In this document: piece after piece, positions 24,465 through 35,900 of the stretch | Numbering within the stretch: the first letter of the stretch is position 1 | Layout of the letters: each line of letters starts with the position of its first letter | From: Antedon mediterranea | Taxonomy: Eukaryota; Animalia; Echinodermata | Assembly: GCF_964355755.1 (NCBI RefSeq) | Contig: NC_092680.1 | Coordinates: 14,951,045-15,015,044, forward strand | Direction of reading: 5' to 3' | DNA: 64,000 nucleotides | Notes under the pieces: model-generated | Seen by the model: the letters and a program-made list of their open reading frames with translations, nothing else | The model's database searches: none | Told to the model about the DNA's origin: nothing | Made by a program: the position numbers and the translations under genes

Positions 24465-24947
24465 ATATATATATATAAACAAATCAGGCACAGAACATTA
24501 ATTAAAATTAAAATTTAATTAATTAATTTGAAACGATAAAGATGAGGAAATCTGTGAGAATGAGAAAAAGTCGCCCCAACCGAGACTCGAACTCGGACCG
24601 TCTGCTTGATATGCAGTTGCCCTAACCATTAGACCACTGGGGCTTTCATGGTATTGTTCTTTAACTCGATCGGATAACGACCCTTTAACATAAACACATT
24701 ATATAATATATATATAAACACATTAGGCATAGAACATAATTCTAAACCGCCTGGTGATATACTGAAATTTAATTAATTAATTTGAAACGCTAAGATGCGG
24801 AAATATGTGAGAATGTGAACAAGTCTACCCAACCGAGATCCGAACCCGGACCTTCTGCTTGATATGCTAACCATTAGACCACTGGGGCGTTCATGGTATA
24901 GTTCAAACCCGATTGGATACGGTAGCGACTCTTTAACATTCTCGGCG
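24465..24947 (-). mobile_element. Two tandem tRNA-like cassettes separated by (TA)n
   Basis: ~24480-24695 and ~24720-24947 match the reverse complement of 45483-45720; second tRNA copy (~24824-24888) has a deletion. Confidence 0.8.
24572..24643 (-). tRNA. Repeat-borne tRNA-like sequence, anticodon ATC (Asp-like); probably not a translational tRNA
   Basis: 72-nt cloverleaf, near-identical to 45539-45610, followed by TTTTT. Confidence 0.6.
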
Positions 24948-25142
24948 TAAATCAAAACGATAAAGTAAAAAAGCCAGAAAAGTGGACAGGAATAAAAGAA
25001 AAACAACAAAGGAGATAGAAAAGGTGAGGGTAGAAAACAAAGAAGATAGCTTGGTAGATATAAACAATATTGGAATGGAACCAAAAAACAGCTAACATGT
25101 TGGTTAATATTAAAACTTAAATCTGAGAGTATGTTCCTAATG
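24948..25142 (-). mobile_element. Inverted, older Penelope-like 3' region lacking the hammerhead
   Basis: Reverse complement aligns to 44823-45147 with the 94-bp hammerhead-containing segment deleted at an AC microhomology. Confidence 0.7.
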
Positions 25143-25260
25143 ATAATTCCAAATGAGTTTTTCTACAGCTGAAAAAAAATGTAATGTAAAAAGTATACGT
25201 AGATCTAGGCCTACTTGTTTTGATAAACTATAGCTTATATAAAAAAGAAATATAGACCAG

Positions 25261-26583
25261 TAGTGATATTGAAAAAGGTGATTCTTTTGTGGATATTTGT
25301 GCCGTTGATTTTACGAAAGCCTTCGACCGAATTGACCATACGGTCATTGTTAGAAAGCTTGTCGACATCGGAGTGAGAACATCTATTATTCCCACCATCT
25401 GTGGCTTTCTGACGGATCGTAAAATAAATACTAAACTTAGTTCATCCTTTTCCCCTTATGCCAACATCACATGTGGGATTCCACAGGGTACAAAGCTTGG
25501 GCCAATTTTGTTTCTTATATTAGTCAATGATATCTCTATGGAAGGCTGCAGATGGTGGAAGTATGTTGATGATCTCACTCTTGGTGACACTGTTAAACAT
25601 GGTAATGCCCCTAAACTTCAATCTTGTCTTGATGACCTTACTGAGTGGTGTGATACAAATCACATGGTCCCTAAACCCTCTAAGTGTCATATCATGAGAG
25701 TTAATTTTTTGAAAAGAAATATTCCCCCTCCTAATTATTACCTTAGTGGTACAACACTTAATGTTGTTTCGTATATGAAGCTCCTTGGACTTATAATCCA
25801 GGATGACTTGAAATGGGATAATAATGTCAGTGACATGGTAAAAAGAGCATCCAAAAGGTTGTATACGTTATATATCCTTAGAAGGGCCAATGTACCAGTT
25901 CATGATATGATATCCGTTTATGTTTGTTATATTCGCCCAATCTTAGAATACGCCTGCCCTGTGTGGCATGGAAGCATCAATAAGGCCCAAATATCGACCA
26001 TTGAAAGAGTGCAACAGAGAGTTTTACGTATTATTCTGGGTCCCGCTTTCCTTACGTATGATTCAGCTCTTGAGCTTACTGATATGACCACTCTCGCATC
26101 CAGACGAGAGACGTTGATTCAAAAATTTGGAGAAAGGCTCTTGAAATCGGAATTGTACAGAACTATTTTGCCCGACTACCGCATTATTAATAGAGAGCTT
26201 AGATCAACCACGGTAGATAAACCCCTAATTAATATACCTGTTTGCAGAACTAACCGTCTTAAGACTTCGCCTGCCCTTACCATAAGTAGAATCCTTAATT
26301 CAAACAGTACCTGATCACGCTGAAGATGGTTATGTTATAAATATTTACATATATTGGCCTATGCATTTGTATATAAATTTTGTAATCTTTTTAACATAAC
26401 ATAATTTTATTTTTTTAACTGATTTATTCAAATTTTTTAATGTTTTGTATAAATTTTTGTATTTTTTTAAATGTTTCTGTTTCCATATATTTATATATAT
26501 ATTTTTGTAAATCAACAATTTCAGCCTTCGGGCTGCATGTTTTTTATTGTATAAACCTGAATAAATAAATAAAAAAAATAAAA
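25261..26583 (+). mobile_element. 5'-truncated non-LTR retrotransposon, L2 group (Daphne/Kiri-like); RT C-terminal ORF 25289-26314, 3' UTR and A-rich tail
   Basis: DFTKAFD, GIPQGTKLGP, WKYVDD, LEYACPVWH motifs; no stops in 341 aa; tail aataaataaataaaaaaa. Confidence 0.92.
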
Positions 26584-27496
26584 TAGATAGTTAATTGTTA
26601 TTTTATCATTGTATTGTATAAGATAATTATTAGTTTTTAAAATGTATTTTGATACTTATGGGAAATTGCTTAATTTTTTTGCGCTATAAGTTTTGTAATT
26701 ATTCATTTTAAAAGGCTCGTCAAAAAAAACGTTGCATATTAATGTATGGTTTATAATAATAATTATAATTATATTTTCAACGACTGAAATTATAAACCCA
26801 GAATTCCCACAACGTTGTCAATTGTCAACATATCATGCCCAAAGGACCGTTTGTACATACGGTACTGGAAAATGATATGATATTAATAAGGTCATATTTG
26901 TTAGTTACTATATTATAACATTTCAACGTTATCGTATAGTTACCATTTATTGCAAGCGTTTTGAGTTATTGTAAACATGTCTAATACTATAATATCTAAT
27001 TTGGAGACACCAATCTGACAAGTTGACGTCACTCAAGGGCAACGTCACATCACAATCCATTGAGATCAATATATATTTTTTTATGAAATGTGAATTGTAT
27101 TGTAGATCTTTCAGTTTTTCAAATCAAACATCAGGTATGTTTTATAAAATAGCTTTTCAGGTTGATGGATTGTTGGATTAAAAAAAAATCTCTTAGATAG
27201 GTTACGTTTACACAAGATGCAATTATGATTGTATAGAAGTGTATATGAAATGTATTGTATTCGTTGTAGAAGCATATGTAGGCGCATATCCTGGAGTGCT
27301 AAGCTAGGAAAAGATGATCTACATAAGCTTAATCACGCAACGGCGAAGAGTTGGTGAGTAGTGAAGTATACATCTATAGATTTGAATTCATTTTGAATAC
27401 GTATATTAGACTATCCACTTTCACTTCATATTGATAGGCAGTATTATGACATCAATCGCACATTTTGCGAACGCGTTCACATCACATACTGAGAAT

Positions 27497-27720
27497 GGTC
27501 GAGTGTGTGGCCGAGCGGTTAAAACCGTGGAACCGTAATACATAGCCATGATCGGCAAGGATTCAAGCCTCACTCGGTTCATGGTTCTGGTGGTATAACG
27601 AGTCTTCTCGGGTAAGGACTATAAACCGTAGGTCCAGTGTACAAAAAACAAATGGCGATGTGCACCTAGTACATCTTTCGAGACGAGTAGGGAGTTACGC
27701 CGGTGTATTTGGCCTACTTG
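27497..27720 (+). mobile_element. tRNA-derived SINE with Deu/Nin-like central domain
   Basis: A-box tggccgagcggtt, degenerate B-box, then gtcttctcgggtaaggactataaaccgtaggtcc..ttcgagacgagtaggg..ccggtgtatttggcc, resembling the recalled Deu/Nin consensus. Confidence 0.65.
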
Positions 27721-28053
27721 TTCCGTAATAATCAATTTGTTGATGTTGATTGTGGAACTCACGACCACGACGATGGTGAAGATGAAGATGGTCAGTGAAA
27801 TCACTCAAACTACATTCAAATCATCAGTCTATGGTCGTTACTATGTTTTTAGTATAGTATTTGTTGTGTTCGTGTGACTATGATTTACTGAGGTTTAAAT
27901 GTTACAAACTCTCAATGGATCTGTCCTACATATAGCTCAATACCAACTGCTTATAAGTGTATAACTTAGACTCTGTAGTCTAATAATGCTGGTTCACATT
28001 GATTAATACAGTAAGCAATCGGCCTCTTTCCAAGTGGTCTGTTGCCATCCGGC

Positions 28054-29330
28054 AATGATGAATTAACAAAATTTTGTGACTGGTTTATTTCAAACAAATT
28101 ACTTATTAATACTCTTAAAACAAATTATTTAATTTTTCACAATTCTCAACGTAAACTAAAAGTTGATGACCTAAATATACTTCTTGGCGGAATTCAAATT
28201 GAACGCAAAACTGAAACACTTTTTTTAGGTGTATATATTCATGAAAACCTCAAATGGACCAGTCATCAAAATTACGTTTCGAAAAAAATATCAAGATCTA
28301 TTAGTATTATTAACAGACTTAAGCACTTCTTCCCTCTAAATATTTTAAATTCTCTTTATAACACACTTGTACTTCCTTATTTCCAGTATTGTAACATTAT
28401 TTGGGCTGCAGATTACTCTTCTAATATTGCTAGATTAACTAAATTACAAAAACGTGCAGCTAGATTTATTACTTTTTCACCATATAGAACCTCATCTGAA
28501 CCCCTTTTTAAACGTCTTGGTATATTAAAATTAACGGATATCCACAATGTTCAAGTTGCCAGTTTTATGTTTAATTATTTTAAAAACCAACTTCCTATTT
28601 CTATGATTGATATGCTCTGTAAACGTACCAAATTTCACAATTACAATTTAAGAACTTCTCATTTAAACATTCCTTTTGCTAGACTTACAAAAACTAAATT
28701 TTTTATAACTATATCAGGTCCTAATTTGTGGAATCATATCCCACCAAATATCAAAACGTCAATATCATTATTTACTTTCCGAAAAAAGTTAAAGAATCAT
28801 TATATATCTAAATATTATACTGCTTAGTTAATATGCTTATTATCATTATTTATACTCATATACTATTTATGTCTTACACAAAATATTAGTTGTTGTTTAT
28901 TATTGCAATCTTTAATCTATACTATATATAATGTATATATAGTATATACTATAATATATACTGGAATTATAATTAAGTATACATATTTTTTTTTCATTTA
29001 CCAATATCGGTAGTTATTTCATTTATAATTATCATGAAACTATTGAAATATAATTTAAATAATTTTTATAAAGAAGATGTTAGTTATGTTATTATACTGT
29101 AATTTTTTATCCTAAATTATATAATTATATATTCTAGGTTATTTTTTATTTTTTTAGTAATGTGTTTTGTTATGGGTCCCTACGAGACAAGTTTTTAACT
29201 TCTAGAAGGGATCCATGATAATAATGACTACCAATTACTGCTTTATCTATGTTCACTTTAATATCTTTTTTCTATTTTGTATATATTCATTCATTATTAT
29301 CTAAATAAATATTATCTGAATTATCTGAAT
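28054..29330 (+). mobile_element. 5'-truncated Crack/L2-like LINE; ORF2 C-terminus to 28827, AT-rich 3' UTR, (TTATCTGAA)n tail
   Basis: NDELTKFCDWFISNKL, FLGVYI, YCNIIWA, LQKRAARFIT, GPNLWN motifs. Confidence 0.88.
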
Positions 29331-31157
29331 AAACAACTATGTAATCTTAAGACTAAAAATACTAATTTCACCTTGCCTGGGCTGTCCAAAGTTGAAACTG
29401 CCTCTGAGATTAATGCCCATTTCTCTAGTGTTTGTAAATGCCATCCCTCCTCTTAATTTAAACGATTTACCTGCTTATCTCCCAGCCCCTGGGCCACCAC
29501 CTTTAATCTATGCTGTTCAGGTCCTAAAAGCCCTTTGTAAACTTAAGACTAACAAAGCTGACCATCCAGATGAACACCCTATTAAATTATATAGAGATTT
29601 TGCTCCTGAACTTGCTGAGCCTGTTGCGGATATCTTCAATCATGCATTGAAGGATGGTGTTTTCCCTGACCTTTGGAAAAGGGTTACTGCAGTTTCCATT
29701 CCTAAAACTGTGAATGCTAGTTCTGTCTCTGACCTTAGACCTATTTCCCTTACCTATATTCTTGCCGGGGTATTTGAATCTTTTATTGTTAAGTGGATTC
29801 TTGAAGATATTAAGGGTAAATTAGATTCTCGTCAATTTGGTAGTAGGAAAAAGGCTTCCTCAACTCACTATCTTGTTAGTCGTATTGACTCTACACTCAA
29901 AGATGTTGAGAAGGGTAAATGTTATGTGAACCAATGTGCCACTGACTTTACTAAAGCTTTTGATCGTGTTGATCATAATGTTATTATTATAAAGTTGATT
30001 GAACTGGGTGTGAGGTCGTCCATAATTCCCATCGTCTGCAGCTTTCTCACTTCCCGTTCTCTCAACACCAAGTTTGCTGGGATTTTGTCATCTTCCAAGT
30101 CATTGACTTGTGGTGTCCACCAGGGGACATTGCTTGGCCCTGTACTTTTCCTAGTACTTATTAACGATGCTTAGTGTGTTGATTGCTGCAGACGATGGAA
30201 ATATGTGGATGACCTCACCCTTGGGGAGGTCGTTCACAAAGGTGATTTGCCTTCCATGCAATCCCTGTTAGATGATCTGAGTGTTTGGTGTTCATCCAAT
30301 AATATTATACCCAAACCCTCCAAATGCCATATCTTGGTTGTCAATTTTCTTAAGGACAAATCGGATGATATTATATCGCCTTCTTTTAGTCTGAGTGGTT
30401 CCATTTTACAAGTAGTTGATCACATGACGCTTCTTGGTGTAATCTTTCAAAATGACCTAAAATGGGAACTTAACACTAATAATATTGTGTCTAGAGCTTC
30501 TAGACGTTTTTTTCCTTGTGCATTTTGAAGAAAGCTGGAATCTTAATTAATGATTTGTTGACTGTTTATATGGCTTATATAAGACTTATTTTAGAATATG
30601 CTGCCCCTGTTTGGCATGGCGCTATCACTAAGGATATGTCCAAGTCTATTGAAAAGGTACAAAAGAGAGCATTGCGAATCATGCTAGGTAACAACTATTT
30701 GTTCTATGATCACGCAATGTCAGTTACTGGTTTACCTACTCTTGTTGAGAGTAGAAACAAACTGGTGTTGTCTTTCGGGGAAGGCTTATTAAAATCCGAG
30801 CTGTTTAGAGAAATACTTCCCCCTCTTCATAAGCCAGCTCGGTCCCTCAGATTCAACCGCTTTCTGGAAGTACCTCATTGTAAAACCAGCAGACTTAGGT
30901 CGTCTCCAGTTCCCACCATGGTGGATATAATTAATAGGCACCACTAGCTCTTTTTTAGATATGTAATAAGTGTATGTTTTAAGGTTTTTTTTATTCATGT
31001 ATGTTTTTTAATTTTATGGTACGATATCTAATTTTAATAAGATGTTTCTATTTTTATAGCAATTTTAACTAATTTTTATTTATTTGTAATACAATTCATT
31101 TCAGTCCTTGACTGTCGTTTTGTAATATATTTTTATATACCGAATAAAAAAAAAATA
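29331..31157 (+). mobile_element. Decayed L2-group (Daphne/Kiri-like) LINE; RT with frameshifts and a stop, related to 25261-26583
   Basis: LRPISLT, QFGSRKK, DFTKAFD, QGTLLGP, WKYVDD, LEYAAPVWHG over three ORF pieces; A-rich tail ~31143-31157. Confidence 0.92.
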
Positions 31158-32608
31158 TATAGCAATGTACCACAAAATAGGACATTGGCGTTTAGCTGGC
31201 GACAAAACGATATGTTTTGTGACATTACACATAGTCAGGCTAGCTCTTCTTCCTAAAAGCCTAGCTTCATAAAAAATGTGATATTTATGCGTGTATAAGC
31301 TAGAACAGATGAGCAACCATTCGTTTATCAACTAACAGAATTCATTCCAATCCACCAAAAATGGAATCTATTTTATTTAATACAATTGCGCCCTCTATTC
31401 AAATAATATTTGGGTATAACTTTTCACCAAATTACAACAAATAAAAGACAATTCTTGTAGACGGGATAGAGATAACTACGAAACATCATTTAATTTACCA
31501 CAAATAGTTTAACCTAAATTTTTTTCATCGTCAATTATTCTCAAAATCAAACTCAAATTAATTAGTATACTTAAATATATGAGGTGATAAAAACAGTACT
31601 GGAAGTAGGTACTATTGGGTTGTAAGTCAGGTAGATGCAACCAAGGCTACAACCTTTTGATAGCAGTGATTAACTTAAAATTGACACTTCAATTAAAGAC
31701 ACTGTACCGTTACTATACTCTATTATAAATTTATTTCTTATTTATAATGCCTAATTTACTTTCCAGCCACATTAATGTTTTTTCTTTTTAATTTTCATAC
31801 ATAATTTATACATTTACTTGCTTGCCCACACACACACACAAACAAGATACCACGTTTCCAATAACATGTATCTTAAAAATTTTTCAAGAAATTAGCAATT
31901 AACACTGAATATCAATATTGGAATAAATTATTACACCTGATTTTACTTACTTACTCTGTACTTCAGCTCCCATGTAGGCTTCCGTCTGTCAGTGGTGCTA
32001 GTCTCGTTTTCAACGTTGGTCTGTCTATGAGAATAATTACTGTAGACCGGTTTGATAAAATGGAAGGGGATGTTGTTGTTGGTTAGCTGGGGAAGGATGG
32101 ATGGTTACAGGGAAGGCTCTAGATATTTAATTTTGTTAAGCCAATTATCTATAAAAGTATCAAACAAAAATATTAATATTACATTAAATATGACATACAC
32201 TGTTTACTGAAAGAACACTAAGTAAATAACATTTAAGCAACGTCATTACCGCCTGGATAACTGAAAAAAATCACAACATGAACAAAGTACACTAACTGCA
32301 GATCAATTTGAGGTTTGAAAGTAGTTTCAAAACTAAAACTTTACAAAAATTACCGTTTAAACCGTTTCTATTTCAGCAGTTTAGAGTTTTAATCCTTAGA
32401 TTATTAAACACATGATAGTCTACTGATGTGTGACCAGATTGGGTGGTTGGAGATGGGTTGTACTGCATATGGTTTAATTTTAAAATAATAGAATAGAAGA
32501 GACAATATTAATAACTAGAAAATATAGTATTATAGGTATTCCAAACCGATATCAAGGTTATATTTTACATTGTTATAACGACAATTATTTCCTTTCGTCA
32601 ACTCAGAA

Positions 32609-32621
32609 AGGTCACAGGTCA
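32609..32621 (+). promoter_or_regulatory. Perfect DR1 nuclear-receptor element upstream of gene B
   Basis: AGGTCA-C-AGGTCA about 165 bp 5' of ATG 32786; extra AGGTCA half-site near 32691. Confidence 0.4.
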
Positions 32622-32785
32622 GTGGTTGCGTTCATTGATGAGCATTATTCCACCAATGTGGTAGTTCTAAAACAGACAATAGTATTGGAAAGGTCAACAG
32701 TAATATAGTGTGAAGTTCTTAAACGGAGGAAGTATACTGTGTTTCACTTCTAAACGTCTGAAGGTGCCAAAATTACCTGCCAACG

Positions 32786-32987
32786 ATGGTGTCGATATTA
32801 AAATACTGCATTTTGCTACTGATGATATCAAGTAGTTATTCACTTTTTTGTGATTTTGAAACTGATTTTTGTAACTTTGAGGTAGACACAGACGATGAAC
32901 TTGCAAGATTTTTACGTTGGTCCAAAAGTACTGGTAGATTTGTTTCTTACATCCCACTAACAGATCATACTTACGGAAATGGAACAG
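32786..32987 (+). CDS. Gene B exon 1: signal peptide and MAM1 N-terminal
   Basis: MVSILKYCILLLMISSSYS-LFCDFETDFCNF..DHTYGNGTG|gtaaga. Confidence 0.9.
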
Positions 32988-35900
32988 GTAAGAAAAACAT
33001 GTACATTCCTACGAAACATAGTTAGTACTTGTTACATATTTAAAACCAGTAATTTAGGTGTTGAAAAACAAATGCATTAGAAATTAATAGGATAATTATG
33101 TTAATATCATGTGTAAGTGTAATTAATAATATAATTGTCTTTATTAAGTCGGAAAATTGATCTTAAAACTAATTCTTAACTGCCCCAACTAGATGTATTA
33201 AGTTATCCAACGAATCATTCATTTCTGGGCGAGATATGTACATCGATAAATCTAAAGAAGTTTTTAATATATAAAATAAATCTTACTAAGTGCGTTTCTC
33301 ATTATTGTTGTTGAAATAAACTTTCAGTTGATATCATTTTTATTTTAAAGTGTTGCAAACATGGCAGTTCTTTTCAATTTCCATCTACACTTTTCGTTGT
33401 CAAAATACAGAATTTCTAGTCGTTTTTGTTTAGGAAAAACGTAATTTTTCTCTATAAAATGTTGCCTAATTATGTTGGTTCTCAAATAGTGTTCTATAGT
33501 TGTGTAATTTTGCAATCACATACATTCCAACGAGAGTGAAAGTCACAGGAATCGAACTCGGATCTTACTTTAGTAATTGTTATTATATCTAATATTCTTT
33601 AATGTTACGTATAACACGAGTTTCGAATAGGTATCTTTGAGTAGATATGTTTGTAGTTCGGGATCTTTTTTGTATGTTCTTCTCAGATCTATTAAGCCAC
33701 CTTTGAACCGTTCAAGGATGCTTTTTTCAACTAACCCTTAAAGTTTTAACTCTCGACATTTTTTATAGTTACATATTATTATTGTAAATATCAGCGTTCC
33801 ACGTGACCACACATTGAACTGTACTAACGATGATAACATTTCCAATTTGCATAAAAAAATCAAATAGTTAATAGGTGACATCGATTTAATGCTCGCGAAT
33901 ATAAGAATATAAACTGCTCTCAGTTATTATTTTTGTACCGATATATGTATACATTCACTGATGTTCACCTTCCGCAGTTGTTGAAGATTAAAGTGTCCCA
34001 CAATACGTTTAATGGAAAATCAGAGAAGATAATGAGTGGAGATACACTTATTTATTCTTTTTCTATAACAAATGCATTATTTTACAGTGATTTTTTAAAA
34101 TATATTTGCATTTTACGAACATTAAAAATAACGTAAAAGCAAAATTATTTTCCTACGTTGAAAGTACGCAACACAAAATATAACAGTGGGTATACTATCG
34201 GTTAAAAGTTTTATGTATTTAAATACTGAAACTCGTTCAATCCTCCGTATTATTTTTTCTTAATCCGCTAGTAAGTTCCTCCTTAACCCACACGTTTCCC
34301 ACCCTTGAAAATGTTTCTTGATGACAAGAGCATGATACAATGTTTTAATTACTTGGTATTGGTTTGTAATCTTAAATAGAATATAGATATTTAAATTCAC
34401 AAACAAATGGTATTCCTGTCGCTAAACACATTACGGTATGGAATTCTGTTAGTTACTAAAATTGCTTCCGGCACGATAGGAAAACGGAAAGATTATATCC
34501 GTCACTATTTGGGCGTCATAATCTTATCATGCTTCCTCAAGGAGTACCAGATAGCCTCGACTGCTTTAGCTACCTACTATTGAAGGCTTACAGTATTTAC
34601 TTTTCCCCCACCAAAATAGCAATTTGAAAAACAGTGCAAATGATTATCAGCCTTTTTATTTGCTTTTGATAATCATGATGTGGGTCTACGTTTATCTTCC
34701 AGTTATCTAAAGTGATGGGTCTTGTCGGTTGTATAAGAACATTGGTAACTAACCATTAATGTAGGCCTAAATCAAAACATTCTAAATGCCTAATTTCAAT
34801 ATGCAGTTAAATTGACTATCAATTTATTATACTGATTTTTTCAACGAATATTTTGTGACTTATATCAACATTATATTGCTCTATTTTGATGTATCCATAA
34901 ACAAAATAATTGTTTATTGAAGGTTCTTATGTGCTTCATAAATGCAAATGTAGCGTTTTATATCTACTACATGCTAAGATATTATCACATTTTTTAGGTC
35001 GGTATGCGTTCATGAAAACTAGATATTCTGTATACGATGGGCATTTATATTCACCTGAGCTTACAAATACCGGGTACAAATGTATGTCATTTTACTATCA
35101 AGTAACAGGCCAAGTAAATGAGGTTAAGCTATCAGTATTGGCTTTGTATAATGACACGGATACTGGTACTGCTATTTGGACATTGAATGGTGGCAGAGGG
35201 CGAGTATGGAGGCAAGTTGAAGTGCCGATACCAGAGGGTGTTTACAAAGTAGGTTCCCCAAATCATATTTTTCACAAAGATTATTTCCACGGTATTATAT
35301 TAATTATCGAGTATTTATTATTACAGCATCAGAGTTATTACATTGAAATGAAACAAAAATCAGACAAATTGTTTGTTTTATAATATTTTACAATGTAATT
35401 TTAACATTAATTCGAAGGAATAGAACTAGTCTTAAAAAGGTGATTTTTTTATATTTGTAGTTACATAATGGTTGTAACTTTCCAGCTAGCTAAAAATTCC
35501 CTAATAAATGTATTGGCCTAAAAAATGATTTGATTTAGTCGATTTGGATATTTGAAAGTAGATATTATCCTACTCAAGTTTTTGAAAAATTTGATAAAAT
35601 AAAACAAAGATGTTATAAAAGTATTCCATAAGCATAAATAGTAAAACAAAGTTCATGATTGTTTAAAATATATTATTAACTTGAATACTGTTTTGAATGC
35701 TTTCAAGAAAAACTTTTCTTTTTGCCATCGAGATTAGTTTGTATATCACACAGTAAGACATAAATTTATCAATACAAATGTTTGTTTACTTTTAAACGAA
35801 AAAAGAAACTGTTATTGTTAACTGTTTGTTTAAAATTTAAATCAACAAAAACACATGACTGATACTAATACCAATAACGCGTAATAAGACAAGTACTGAT

